A DNA stretch of 64,000 nt from Candidatus Saccharimonadia bacterium (GCA_046597065.1 JBKJLI010000003.1:221151-285150), one strand, 5' to 3'. Shown: positions 41,015 through 55,821, numbered from the stretch's first letter. Program-made: numbers and translations. The notes: a model not told the origin generated them from the sequence alone.

Positions 41015-43657
41015 ATGAACCCCGAAGACGTAAACCCCGAAGAGCAGAACCAAGAGCCGGTTGAACCGGTAGAGCCATCTTTGCCAGCAGATTCAATTGA
41101 ACCAGAAGAACCAGCTGTAGCGCCGGCTACGGCTCGCGATGGTAGTATTGCCGCCACCGCTCTTGATCGCCATGTTGGTAGCGGTAATATCACCAGCCGA
41201 ACTATCGAGAGCGAGATGGAGGGGCGCTATTTAGAGTACGCCATGTCGGTAATTGTTTCGCGGGCCTTACCCGATGTTCGTGATGGCCTTAAGCCGGTTC
41301 ATCGCCGCATTCTGCATTCTATGAACAACATGGGTTTACGTTATAACTCCAAGTTTCGTAAAAGCGCCTTGGTGGTTGGCGACGTGCTGGGTAAGTTTCA
41401 CCCTCATGGAGACACCGCGGTTTACGATGCCATGGTGCGGATGGCCCAAGACTTTTCCTATCGCTATCCACTGGTAGATGGCCAGGGTAACTTTGGTTCA
41501 ATCGATGGCGACCCAGCCGCCGCCATGCGCTATACCGAAGCCCGTATGACTCGGATAGCCAGCGAGCTATTATATGACATCGAAAAAGAGACCGTAGACT
41601 TTAGGCCCAACTACGATGGTAGTGAGCGCGAACCGGTAGTACTTCCAGCCAAGCTGCCCAACCTCTTGCTAAACGGCCAAACCGGCATCGCTGTGGGTAT
41701 GGCCACCAACATTCCACCCCATAACCTCGGTGAGCTAGTTGATGGTACAGTTCACTTAATCGACAATCCCGAAGCCGCAACCGAAGATTTAATGAAGTTA
41801 ATTAAAGGGCCAGATTTTCCAACCGGGGGAGCTATATACGGCACCGCTGCCATTCGCCAAGCCTATGGTACCGGTAAGGGTTCAATCGTGGTTCGTGCCA
41901 AGGCCGAGATCGAAGAAGACAAAAAAGGTAATGAAAAGATTGTTGTCACCGAGATTCCATATCAGGTAAACAAATCGACACTGGTCGATAAAATTGCTGA
42001 GCTGGTTAAGGACAAACGCATAGTTGGAATTAGTGATCTACGTGATGAGTCTAATCGCAAAGGTATGCGTATTGTTGTGGAGCTTAAAAAGGATAGTTAC
42101 CCGCAAAAGGTACTCAACCAGCTGTATAAGCTTACTCAAATGCAGAGCGCCTTCCACGTAAACATGCTGGCCTTGGTTGATGGGATACAACCGCGGGTGA
42201 TGACGCTCGAAATGATGCTGCGCGAGTTCATTAAGCATCGCCGCAACGTAGTCCGCCGCCGCACCGAGTTTGAGTTACGTAAGGCCAAAGACCGAGCCCA
42301 CATTTTGGAAGGACTCAAAATTGCCCTCGACCACATTGATGAAGTCATCAAAATCATTCGGGCTTCGCAAACCACTACCGATGCCCAGCAAAATTTAATT
42401 AAAGCCTTTAAGCTGACGGTCATCCAGGCCGATGCCATTTTAGCGATGCAGTTACGCCGGCTAACCGGCCTTAACCGCAAAGAAATCGAAGACGAACTAG
42501 CAGAGATGCTAAAGCTGATTGCCGCACTCGAAAAGATTCTGGCTGATGAATCAGAGATCTCTCGGATCATAAAAGAGGAGCTAACCGATCTTAAAGAAAA
42601 GTTCGGTGATAAGCGGCGCACCAAGATCATCGACCAAGAGTTAGGCAAGTTTAGCGAAGAAGAGCTGGTGCCGAACGAGCAGGTGATTGTAACTATAACT
42701 CAGGGTAATTACATAAAACGTATTCCAGCTAACACCTATAAGTCACAGGGTCGCGGCGGTAAGGGCATTATGGGTATGACTACCAAAGAAGAGGACGTGG
42801 TTGAGCACTTGGTGCTAACCAATAATCACGATTTTATTCTGTTCTTCACCAATAAAGGCCGAGTCTTTCGCCAGAAAGTTTACGAAATCCCAGCCGCTAG
42901 CCGCACAGCCAAGGGGCAAGCGATAATTAACCTGATGCAGCTTGGTCCAGATGAAAAGGTGACCTCGGTTAACACCTATCACACCGACAACGCCGCTAAA
43001 TATCTGTTTATGACCACCCTCATGGGGACTGTAAAGAAAACCGCCCTGCTTGATTATGCCAATGTGCGAACTAGTGGCTTAATTGCCATCAAGCTCGATT
43101 CGGGCGATGAGCTACGTTGGGTAAAGCAAACTAGTGGAAATGACGAAATAATTATTTCTACCGCGCTAGCCCAGGCCATTCGCTTTAAAGAATCGGATGC
43201 TCGTCCAATGGGTCGCAACACACGCGGCGTTAGAGGAGTGCGCTTGCGTCCCGGTGATAAGGTTGTTGGCATGGATGTGGTACAACCGGGTATGCAGCTG
43301 CTGGTTGTAATGGAAAACGGCTACGGCAAACGCACCAAGGTTGACCAGTTTGCCACCCATGCTCGCGGAGGCGTTGGAATTAAAGCCGGCGTGGTTAGCG
43401 ACAAAACTGGCAAAGCACTCGATGTTCGTGCCGTTGATAGTGTGGATGACGATCTGGTAATCGTTTCGAACCAAGGCCAAGTCATTCGGCTGCCTCTCCG
43501 CGACATCTCGCTAATTGGTCGCGCCACCCAAGGCGTACGTATCATGAGACTGAAGGATGGAGATAGAGTTGCTTCTGTTGCAATGTTGGCCGAATCAAAA
43601 ATTGTTGAAGAAATTGATGGCGGTCAGGCTGATAACGAAAGCAATGATCAAGAATAG
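41015..43657 (+). CDS. gyrA: DNA gyrase subunit A
   Basis: [25 protein letters not shown], GyrA-box QGRGGKG. Confidence 0.96.
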   Translation: MNPEDVNPEEQNQEPVEPVEPSLPADSIEPEEPAVAPATARDGSIAATALDRHVGSGNITSRTIESEMEGRYLEYAMSVIVSRALPDVRDGLKPVHRRILHSMNNMGLRYNSKFRKSALVVGDVLGKFHPHGDTAVYDAMVRMAQDFSYRYPLVDGQGNFGSIDGDPAAAMRYTEARMTRIASELLYDIEKETVDFRPNYDGSEREPVVLPAKLPNLLLNGQTGIAVGMATNIPPHNLGELVDGTVHLIDNPEAATEDLMKLIKGPDFPTGGAIYGTAAIRQAYGTGKGSIVVRAKAEIEEDKKGNEKIVVTEIPYQVNKSTLVDKIAELVKDKRIVGISDLRDESNRKGMRIVVELKKDSYPQKVLNQLYKLTQMQSAFHVNMLALVDGIQPRVMTLEMMLREFIKHRRNVVRRRTEFELRKAKDRAHILEGLKIALDHIDEVIKIIRASQTTTDAQQNLIKAFKLTVIQADAILAMQLRRLTGLNRKEIEDELAEMLKLIAALEKILADESEISRIIKEELTDLKEKFGDKRRTKIIDQELGKFSEEELVPNEQVIVTITQGNYIKRIPANTYKSQGRGGKGIMGMTTKEEDVVEHLVLTNNHDFILFFTNKGRVFRQKVYEIPAASRTAKGQAIINLMQLGPDEKVTSVNTYHTDNAAKYLFMTTLMGTVKKTALLDYANVRTSGLIAIKLDSGDELRWVKQTSGNDEIIISTALAQAIRFKESDARPMGRNTRGVRGVRLRPGDKVVGMDVVQPGMQLLVVMENGYGKRTKVDQFATHARGGVGIKAGVVSDKTGKALDVRAVDSVDDDLVIVSNQGQVIRLPLRDISLIGRATQGVRIMRLKDGDRVASVAMLAESKIVEEIDGGQADNESNDQE

Positions 43658-43825
43658 ATCGCTGTAAAATAAACAACATACAAGTTAAAATTATTAATTC
43701 GGGTAGCATAACAACAAACCATCTGTTACGGCTTTTTAAGCCATAAACGGTATTAAAGATTTGTAATGCATAGTGACAGATAGGGCACAGTTTGCTAGCA
43801 TAAACTCAATCAAAGGAGTTTTGGC

Positions 43826-44692
43826 TTGTATAACCCATACCTTACCGTACCAATTGTGGTTTGGGCCATCGCCCAGTTTACCAAGTTTGTTGTAGCTGCC
43901 GCCCGCGGCCAACTGGATTACAATAAGCTGTTTGCATCTGGTGGAATGCCCAGCGTTCATACCGCAGTAGTAGTATCGATGATGACCACAGTTTACTTGC
44001 TTGATGGTCCGCAATCGGCCCTGTTTGGAGTAGTGGCCGCCTTTTCTGGTATCGTCATCTACGATTCCTTGGGAGTACGTCGTTCTAATGGCGAGCAAGC
44101 CGTAGCCTTAAATGTGGTTATCGATAGCCTTGAGTCAAATCGCATACCACTATCCAAGCCCCAAGCAAATGTTCGAGAAATATTAGGCCATAAGCCAGCT
44201 GAAGTTGCAGTTGGGGGCATTATTGGACTAGTGGCTGGGCTGCTGCTTAATCCCTCAAAGCTAGGGCCATTAATAAACGTTTTAACCCACCCGATTGGGC
44301 GTACTACTACCGTAGTCCTAACCGGCATAGCGGCCGTCTTGATCATACTAGGCTTCATTGCCCGGGCAATCTACTTGCGCCGCTACCACGACATTGCACC
44401 ACTGCAGCGAGTCATTAAGCGCAGCTACATTCTGGCTGCAAGCTTAGGATTTGTTGGGCTAATATTGGCCTTCCTGGCCTGGCAAAAAGTAGCATTTGCT
44501 TTGTGGATTATTTGGCCGGTAGCCCTAGCTGTAGCCCTTGTCGCCATTATTATTACCAAGCTGCTTATATATAAGGACAAGATCCCAGTCTGGCTAGAAA
44601 ATCGCCGCGAACAAGCTGAAAAGGATCGGTGGCTCGAAGGTCCAAACAAAAAACGCCGAGCGGCCAAGGCTCGATCTCGAAAGCGCCGCTAG
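43826..44692 (+). CDS. DUF212 (divergent PAP2) protein with C-terminal TM extension
   Basis: SGGMPSVH, YDSLGVRR, EILGHKPAEV. Confidence 0.8.
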   Translation: MYNPYLTVPIVVWAIAQFTKFVVAAARGQLDYNKLFASGGMPSVHTAVVVSMMTTVYLLDGPQSALFGVVAAFSGIVIYDSLGVRRSNGEQAVALNVVIDSLESNRIPLSKPQANVREILGHKPAEVAVGGIIGLVAGLLLNPSKLGPLINVLTHPIGRTTTVVLTGIAAVLIILGFIARAIYLRRYHDIAPLQRVIKRSYILAASLGFVGLILAFLAWQKVAFALWIIWPVALAVALVAIIITKLLIYKDKIPVWLENRREQAEKDRWLEGPNKKRRAAKARSRKRR

Positions 44693-44693
44693 G

Positions 44694-45260
44694 GTGACAG
44701 TTAAAGAGGTGAAGCGATTAATACTGCCGGATGCAGTGCAGGTAGTTGTTTGCACCATACTGACTCTGCTTATTCTAGTCGCGGTTTATCACCAGACCAT
44801 TTTTGCGCAGTTGGCCAGTGTTACCGGTGCTGCACCTAATTACGCCCAAAGCAGTTTTCAGTCGCAGCTGCAGCAACTTAATCAGTATGTATGGTTAAAG
44901 AACCTCATGATCGGCGGCTTCTCGGCTGCCGTTGGTATCGTTGCTTACATTGGGTACTTGATGTTTACCAACTTGTTTATTGAGGCTCGCAATGAGGTTT
45001 TAATCGATACCCAATATATAAATAAAGGCAGCCTGCTTGGCCGCCTTGGTTTAATAATTCAACGGCTTCTTATGATTGCCATCCTTATTATCCTTCTATA
45101 TCTAAGCTGGAATCAGTTCTTGCCTTACTCGCTTAGTTTGATAGAGGATACACTTTTGGGTGGCAATAACTGGCTCGCTTCTTTAGGTGGGTTAGCCGCC
45201 GTATGGTTGAATTTGTATCTAATCTGGACCTGGATTCAATTTATGCTTGCTAACCGCTAA
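44694..45260 (+). CDS. hypothetical membrane protein
   Basis: 4 TM segments, in operon. Confidence 0.7.
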   Translation: MTVKEVKRLILPDAVQVVVCTILTLLILVAVYHQTIFAQLASVTGAAPNYAQSSFQSQLQQLNQYVWLKNLMIGGFSAAVGIVAYIGYLMFTNLFIEARNEVLIDTQYINKGSLLGRLGLIIQRLLMIAILIILLYLSWNQFLPYSLSLIEDTLLGGNNWLASLGGLAAVWLNLYLIWTWIQFMLANR

Positions 45261-45321
45261 AACCATTGCGCTATTAACCGGCATTGTGACAGAATAGATT
45301 AAACGTAAGTACTATAAGATT

Positions 45322-47397
45322 GTGGCCAATAAACAACACCAACATCACAGTTCTGGAGGCGGTTTAATATCATCGCGACCACGCGGGTCGGTATTTACTA
45401 TATTGCTAATCGCCCTGGCCGCTGCCGCTGTTGGTATTTATTTTGTGATTCGCTCATTTGCCGCCGCTCCTACAACCGGCACAGTAGGTATTAAGTTTGA
45501 GTATGTAAACGGTACCACCCATACTCCAGTAGCGGGTGGGGTTATGGCACTAAAGGATGATAGCAGTCCGTATGGGGATACTCGATGTTATATTCCGGCC
45601 GGCCACAGCGGCAGCGGCACTAACACTATGGCTGGCGGAGCGGCTTTATTCGTTGCAACCACGGGTGGTGATGGCTTTGCCACACCTGATTGTGTGGTTT
45701 CCTACACCGGTGGCACGGCGGCCAGCAACCAGTACTCAATCAACTACTACCTTCCACCAAGTGGATATGATATTGATACAAGTAGAAGTAGCTCGAGCGG
45801 ACTGTTCTCGGTTTGCCCTCAACTGTATAATTGTGGCACTAACACACCAATGATTGTTTACGTCAAGCCAACGCCACCACCTCCACCACCTCCACCTCCA
45901 CCACCTCCACCGCCACCACCCCCACCACCAACAGGATGCCCAACCGGCACAGTTGGGACATACCCAAGTTGTGGATACCCAGTTACAATCACGGGTTATG
46001 GGGCCAATCCATCAACCGTCACTAAGGGTGGCAGTTCAACAATAAAATACAGTATTGGTGGAACACCGGCTTCGTGCAATATTAACGGTACAGGGTTGTC
46101 GTCGGCTCAGATAACGGAGGGATCCTGGCCAACTGGTGCACTTAACTCCTCAACCACCTTTATACTTACCTGTATCGATTATGCTGGGAACGGCGTACAA
46201 GCTCAGACTTCGGTATCTGTAACTACCCCAGGCATACCACCACCCCCTCCACCTCCACCCGGCACACAGGGCGGTGGAAGTACTACCGTTACAACCGGTG
46301 CTAAGCCAACTGTAAAGCAATCCGGTGGTAACCCCGCAGACACTCAAGCTCCATCGACCCCTGGAAATCTTAAGGCGCGCCAAGCTGACTCTGCCTCGGT
46401 TGCAATCAGCTGGGACCCATCAACTGATAATAATGGCGTCGCTGGTTACGTGGTGGAGCGCTCAACCGATAAGAAGATCTGGTCTAAGCTGACGGAGAGT
46501 ATAAAAGACACAAGTTATTCCGATGCCACCATAAGCTTTGGTACTAAGTACAGCTACCGCGTTAGTGCCTTTGACTCATCTGGCAATGTATCTACGCCTG
46601 CAGTAACCGACCTACAAACCGACGCCTTTAGTGCCAACGCCTTTGCCAAATCTGAAAACAAGATAACCAGTGATGATGGCCGTATAACCGTTACCATCCC
46701 CGAAGGTGCATTAAGTGAAGACGCTGCCTGCACGATCGTTAGCCGCGACGATCTTGATGTTGCACCTCCAAAGGGTCATAGCCTAGCAACCGGTCCATAC
46801 GAACTAGTTTGCAAAAAGAAAGATGGCAGCACGTTCTCTAAATATGATAAGCCGGTGACCTTCGAAGTGAATCTTGAAAACCCCAAGAGCAGTCTAAAGT
46901 ATGGTGTTTACACCTACGACGGCAGTGGCTGGGTAGACGCTAAACTTAAGTACCAAAGCCAGGCACCCAACTTTAGTTACAGCACCGATACGCCAGCCGT
47001 CTTTGCGGTGATGAGCTCAAAGGCTTCAAGCTGGATGATCTGGGTATACGTTATACTGCTAATTCTAATAATCGGTGGAGCCATCTTTTGGTTCATTCGG
47101 CGGCGCTCGGGCGGCGAAGGTAGCGGCTACGACAGTTACGTGCAGTCTAACTATATGACCGAAACCATGGCTAGCGGCCCTACCGACCAGTCGGCCACGG
47201 CTGCTCCGATAGCTCCAGCCCACCAGGCGGGCGCCAGGGCCGGCATTGACGACTACCAGGCGCCAGCAGCGGCTCAGCCCGGCGAAACTGCCGCACCGGC
47301 CGCCAACGTGCCCGGCAGTGCCGCCCCCAATCCGCTCAATGCGCCTGACGTTAACCAGATCGTGGCACCCGGCGATCCCAACCAACCGCCGCAGTAA
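45322..47397 (+). CDS. surface protein with polyproline tracts, fibronectin type III domain and C-terminal TM
   Basis: 'DTQAPSTPGNL..WDPSTDNNGVAGY..Y.YRVSAFDSSGN' Fn3; P19 run; TM + RRR. Confidence 0.85.
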   Translation: MANKQHQHHSSGGGLISSRPRGSVFTILLIALAAAAVGIYFVIRSFAAAPTTGTVGIKFEYVNGTTHTPVAGGVMALKDDSSPYGDTRCYIPAGHSGSGTNTMAGGAALFVATTGGDGFATPDCVVSYTGGTAASNQYSINYYLPPSGYDIDTSRSSSSGLFSVCPQLYNCGTNTPMIVYVKPTPPPPPPPPPPPPPPPPPPPTGCPTGTVGTYPSCGYPVTITGYGANPSTVTKGGSSTIKYSIGGTPASCNINGTGLSSAQITEGSWPTGALNSSTTFILTCIDYAGNGVQAQTSVSVTTPGIPPPPPPPPGTQGGGSTTVTTGAKPTVKQSGGNPADTQAPSTPGNLKARQADSASVAISWDPSTDNNGVAGYVVERSTDKKIWSKLTESIKDTSYSDATISFGTKYSYRVSAFDSSGNVSTPAVTDLQTDAFSANAFAKSENKITSDDGRITVTIPEGALSEDAACTIVSRDDLDVAPPKGHSLATGPYELVCKKKDGSTFSKYDKPVTFEVNLENPKSSLKYGVYTYDGSGWVDAKLKYQSQAPNFSYSTDTPAVFAVMSSKASSWMIWVYVILLILIIGGAIFWFIRRRSGGEGSGYDSYVQSNYMTETMASGPTDQSATAAPIAPAHQAGARAGIDDYQAPAAAQPGETAAPAANVPGSAAPNPLNAPDVNQIVAPGDPNQPPQ

Positions 47398-47438
47398 CCG
47401 CGCCCGGCGGTTTGCACTCATTAGCCAAAACTAACCTG

Positions 47439-47467
47439 TTGACAGCACCATAGCTGATAGGTACAAT
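47439..47467 (+). promoter_or_regulatory. 16S rRNA promoter
   Basis: TTGACA-17-TACAAT. Confidence 0.85.
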
Positions 47468-47765
47468 ACTCCTACGTCTTGAAATTGTGAGGCACTTACA
47501 AATAGCGACCCCAGGGTCGGCTATTTTTTGTCTGGAGTCATGCGATTGAGCCGGCTAAAGCCCCACGAAGCTTAAGCCATCGCTCTCTCAAGCCGTCGTG
47601 TAGAGCCGAGCTCTATGAACGTTGAAATCTTTAATAGTGCAGTGTAACCATCAGTTCACTTTGAGAACTATGAATTTAGCTTGCTAAATTCAGTACACAC
47701 AACCAAACATCAATACGTTGATGTCCAGTTCAAACACACCTGATACGACTGTTTACAGCCGTATC

Positions 47766-49276
<1,511 letters not shown>

Positions 49277-49473
49277 TAGGGAGAACGACGTCGTAAGACG
49301 TTCCGTAGGCAAAGACCTACGGCCAGACCTTACTTGTTGAGCTGTCGCAAGATGTGCTCCAAGGTAAGGATGCGGTACTTCTAGGTCGATCCTCTAACCG
49401 AGGAACCGCCGACAATAGTCGGCAAAACAAGGAACTATGGTTTACACTGCACTATCAAGGATTTCAACACCAA

Positions 49474-49497
49474 CAGCCGCCCGCGAGGGCGGTTTGA
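49474..49497 (+). terminator. terminator after 16S
   Basis: GCCGCCC-gcga-GGGCGGT followed by TTG. Confidence 0.65.
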
Positions 49498-49573
49498 TGT
49501 TCCCACGCTTCTAAAATTATGTTTTAATACCTAGCATTCGTTCGATCGATAACCAAGTCGGAGGAGGAAGTAC

Positions 49574-49747
49574 ATGATCAAAAGAGTATTGGTCACGCTG
49601 TCACTTGCTGGAATCTGTCGCTGGCTGCTGATTGCTAAGCAGCTACGCGACGCCGAGGCCGCCGAGTACGAGGTCTACTATGGCGGCTACAGAATTCATC
49701 ATGACAGAGGAGCCGCATGGTCTCCTCATTCCAGGGGGGCGTGTTAA
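49574..49747 (+). CDS. 57-aa small protein with N-terminal hydrophobic helix
   Basis: SD GGAGGAGG; MIKRVLVTLSLAGICRWLLIAK...; stop overlaps next ATG (TAATG). Confidence 0.6.
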   Translation: MIKRVLVTLSLAGICRWLLIAKQLRDAEAAEYEVYYGGYRIHHDRGAAWSPHSRGAC

Positions 49748-49950
49748 TGAGTAAGATCAAGTGGGTGGCGGTTGCGGTCGCTGCATGCATCGCTCTTGAT
49801 CGACACGCCAGTAACACCCAGGAGTACATCACCGGTGACCCTGATTTGCCCAAGTGGCCAATGTTCATAAGGCTGCGCGGGTGGCTTGATGGCATGATCA
49901 AAGGCGACTACGCCTCGAACCCGCTGAGTACTCGCGAAACGGGCCGGTAA
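49747..49950 (+). CDS. 67-aa small protein with N-terminal hydrophobic helix
   Basis: MSKIKWVAVAVAACIALD...; coupled to upstream ORF. Confidence 0.6.
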   Translation: MSKIKWVAVAVAACIALDRHASNTQEYITGDPDLPKWPMFIRLRGWLDGMIKGDYASNPLSTRETGR

Positions 49951-49966
49951 GGCCCAAGGAGGAGTG

Positions 49967-50089
49967 ATGACAACCAAGAAGTGGTTGTTGCTCGGCGTTG
50001 CGGTGCTTTGGACTACCCTCGTCGCCTTCATGAAGGCTGTCGATGAAGTCGAGACCGCCCGCCACGGTGTGGGCCTACGGGCTACCTAG
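49967..50089 (+). CDS. 40-aa single-TM peptide
   Basis: SD AAGGAGGAG; MTTKKWLLLGVAVLWTTLVAFMKAVDEVETARHGVGLRAT. Confidence 0.6.
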   Translation: MTTKKWLLLGVAVLWTTLVAFMKAVDEVETARHGVGLRAT

Positions 50090-50091
50090 GG

Positions 50092-50346
50092 ATGCCCACC
50101 ATCATCGGGCGTCTCATCTGCAGAGCCCACCGCGCTAAGCCAACCGACAGTCGGGTCTTCCTGGTGGATGATCCGGACAGTCGGCACGATGGCATGGTGC
50201 TGATGTACGCAGCGTGCACGTACTGCAAGGGGCACCACCCGGTCAGCTCCGTTTTCAGAGGCGCTGATGGTGAACTGCGGATCGAGGGGACAACCGCAAT
50301 CAGCGGCCTCAGATCAAGAGGATACGTCTTGGTTCGCCCACCGTAG
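50092..50346 (+). CDS. 84-aa putative Zn-binding protein
   Basis: CxxH...CxxC; followed by a terminator hairpin. Confidence 0.55.
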   Translation: MPTIIGRLICRAHRAKPTDSRVFLVDDPDSRHDGMVLMYAACTYCKGHHPVSSVFRGADGELRIEGTTAISGLRSRGYVLVRPP

Positions 50347-50373
50347 CCCGACACAGGACCCTTAAACGCCCAG

Positions 50374-50403
50374 CGGCGCCCCGATACTCTTGGGGCGCCG
50401 TTT
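50374..50403. terminator. terminator between convergent units
   Basis: CGGCGCCCC...GGGGCGCCG followed by TTT. Confidence 0.7.
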
Positions 50404-50409
50404 AGCTAT

Positions 50410-50736
50410 TTAAACCTGTAATAATAACCTAATTTTGGCCTCAACATCCTTCATTACTAGGCCGCTAGCTTTGCCCGTTACGCCCTTAACTCGGTGCTGC
50501 CAGGATATTGTTCGCAACTGGTCTACTAGAACCACCGAGTCTTTACCTTCAAGTTTTAGCGTTACCTCAAAGGGCAAGCGTTTGCGCTTAGATGTCAGAG
50601 GCACCACCACGCACAGACCCGAAGCCTGGTTGTACTCGATGGGGGATAGTATCAGTACCGGACGTAAACCAGCCTGCTCATGGCCCACCGTTGGGCTCAG
50701 ACCGGCCCATACTATGTCGCCGCGCTTAGGCGCCAT
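50410..50736 (-). CDS. mazF: MazF/PemK toxin
   Basis: MAPKRGDIVW..P.VGHEQAGLRPVLILS..YN, VVPLTS, DQLRTI. Confidence 0.92.
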   Translation of the reverse strand: MAPKRGDIVWAGLSPTVGHEQAGLRPVLILSPIEYNQASGLCVVVPLTSKRKRLPFEVTLKLEGKDSVVLVDQLRTISWQHRVKGVTGKASGLVMKDVEAKIRLLLQV

Positions 50737-51016
50737 TTGTAGCGCTTTCATCTGGTTTTGGCCCTGTCCATGCCTCCAAACCCTCAGCCCCGACATCCTG
50801 GCCCCAGTCGACCTCGCCATAATACTGATCTGGCGTGATCCCAACCATCAACCTTGCTAGTTCCTCACCAGATGACAGTCGCCGTTCAACCACTAGTTGA
50901 TGCCCCTCTATACTCAGCTCAACCTCCGATTTATCCTCAATGCCAATCTGTGCGGCCAGCTCAACCGGAATTCTAATACCCAAACTGTTGCCCCATTTAC
51001 TTACCGCTGCTTTCAT
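50726..51016 (-). CDS. mazE: AbrB/MazE antitoxin
   Basis: KWGNSLGIRIP; 'EVDWG..VGAE'. Confidence 0.92.
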   Translation of the reverse strand: MKAAVSKWGNSLGIRIPVELAAQIGIEDKSEVELSIEGHQLVVERRLSSGEELARLMVGITPDQYYGEVDWGQDVGAEGLEAWTGPKPDESATNGA

Positions 51017-51040
51017 AATAACTACCCGAAATTAAATTAT

Positions 51041-51069
51041 CTTACGTATATCCATAGTATATACGTAAG
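51041..51069. promoter_or_regulatory. palindromic operator upstream of mazEF
   Basis: CTTACGTATAT-7 nt-ATATACGTAAG. Confidence 0.7.
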
Positions 51070-51085
51070 TTGTAGTGGTCAATGT

Positions 51086-51352
51086 CTAAGACTTAAAATT
51101 GGGGAAGAAGCCTACAATTGGGGCCAGTAGCCAGCGCAGGACTGGATCGCCCAATCCGGTAGCGTACGTCAGGCCACCGATAACCAAGGTGATCGAGAGC
51201 AGCTTATAAAATCCGTAGGTTCCGCCTCCACCCAGGTAGCGTTGGGCAAAATCGACGTTGCCGGTAAAGTTAACCAGTTGGTAGTTGTATTTAAGAGTCA
51301 CTACCCCAAGTGCGGTCACAATAATTCCGATGACAATCTGTTGAAACAGCAT
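51086..51352 (-). CDS. small CPR membrane protein
   Basis: Two TMs, 'AQRYLGGGGTYGFYKL'; ATG 6 nt after TATAAT. Confidence 0.7.
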   Translation of the reverse strand: MLFQQIVIGIIVTALGVVTLKYNYQLVNFTGNVDFAQRYLGGGGTYGFYKLLSITLVIGGLTYATGLGDPVLRWLLAPIVGFFPNFKS

Positions 51353-51378
51353 AAGCGCATTATACGCCAATAATTCCA

Positions 51379-51455
51379 TGGTGGAGCATATCGGATTCGA
51401 ACCGATGACCCCCTGCTTGCAAAGCAGGTGCTCTAGCCAGCTGAGCTAATGCCCC
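51379..51455 (-). tRNA. tRNA-Ala(TGC)
   Basis: GGGGCATTAGCTCAG...CCTGC-TTTGCAA-GCAGG...CCA. Confidence 0.95.
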
Positions 51456-51477
51456 ATGTGTTGAGGAATGAATCCAA

Positions 51478-51554
51478 TGGTGGGCTTGGCAGGACTCGAA
51501 CCTGCGACCTCGTCATTATCAGTGACGCGCTCTAACCAGCTGAGCTACAAGCCC
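51478..51554 (-). tRNA. tRNA-Ile(GAT)
   Basis: GGGCTTGTAGCTCAG...CGTCA-CTGATAA-TGACG...CCA. Confidence 0.95.
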
Positions 51555-51700
51555 ACAACGGATATATTTAAGCAGAATTAAGCCGATCTTACAACAAAAC
51601 CAGGGTAGAATAAAAACCGGTACGTCAAGACTTGTATTGGTGGCAGGCAGCATGAAATAATATAAGCGTACCAAACTAAAAGAGAAAGAAAGGAGACAGT

Positions 51701-51940
51701 ATGGATCACCAAGACAATACTACTCCAGTAGTGGATCCAGCGGCTCCCGTTGATCCCGTAGTAGATGCCCCAGTTGTTGATGCCCCTGAGGCCCCAGCAG
51801 AAGAGGGCGCCGAGGCTCCTGCCGAAGCACCTGCCGAGGCCCACGAAGCCGACGCCGCACCCGTAGAAGGTGACGCTCCTGAGGCTCCGGCCGCAGAAGA
51901 GGGTGAGCACCACGACAGCGACGACGTCGCCGCCGTTTAG
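51701..51940 (+). CDS. small acidic disordered protein (A/E/P/D-rich)
   Basis: SD AAAGGAG; terminator ACCGCC-ttcg-GGCGGT at 51965-51984. Confidence 0.7.
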   Translation: MDHQDNTTPVVDPAAPVDPVVDAPVVDAPEAPAEEGAEAPAEAPAEAHEADAAPVEGDAPEAPAAEEGEHHDSDDVAAV

Positions 51941-52046
51941 TTCACACTAAGCCCAAACTACATCACCGCCTTCGGGCGGTTTTGTGTTGTATGGATTACA
52001 TCAACAATCGTAAATATTTAACCATAATTTACGGGAGTAATGGGGG

Positions 52047-52075
52047 TTTACAGGCCGGCTTGGTTTTGGTATTGT
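52047..52075 (+). promoter_or_regulatory. putative separate promoter for 23S-5S
   Basis: TTTACA-17-TATTGT with extended TG. Confidence 0.6.
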
Positions 52076-52348
52076 TGTCACAGACTATTTGGAGCTCATA
52101 TATGAGTAGACAATCTACCAGCGTTAACGGAGGCACTGCCTAAGACTTCGCCGATTGATTGTCTTGCTGTGAGCTCCGCGCGAATTTCACGCGGAGTTGT
52201 TTTTTGAAAATTGAATTTTAGACGATTTCATCACATTACCCAATGTGGTGAATGAAAAAGGGTAAAATGCAATTTACCAATTTAGCGATGGACTGTTTAA
52301 CAGATCATAAAAGCCTTTGTTAACCACAAATCGCTAGTCAAACATCTC

Positions 52349-55541
<3,193 letters not shown>

Positions 55542-55709
55542 ATTTTTTCGTCAGCCCCAATCAGTTGGAGTTGTCGAAAAACGAATGTTTGACTAGCGTT
55601 TTGTGGCTACCAAAAAGCCATTGTACCCTTTTTCAAGTTACAATCCGACTCTCTTTTAATTAAGAGCTTCGGGCGGTGCGTACCGCTAGCTTGCTAGTTT
55701 TGCGCACCG

Positions 55710-55816
55710 CCCGGTGCTTTTAGCGAGGAGGCTACACCGGTTCCCATCCCGAACACCGAAGTTAAGCTCCTCTGCGGCGATGATACTGCTCTGCGGGAAA
55801 GTAGCACGGTGCCGGA
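55710..55816 (+). rRNA. rrf: 5S rRNA
   Basis: CCCATCCCGAACACCGAAGTTAAG, GATGATAC, GGGAAAGTAG. Confidence 0.95.
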
Positions 55817-55821
55817 TTATC

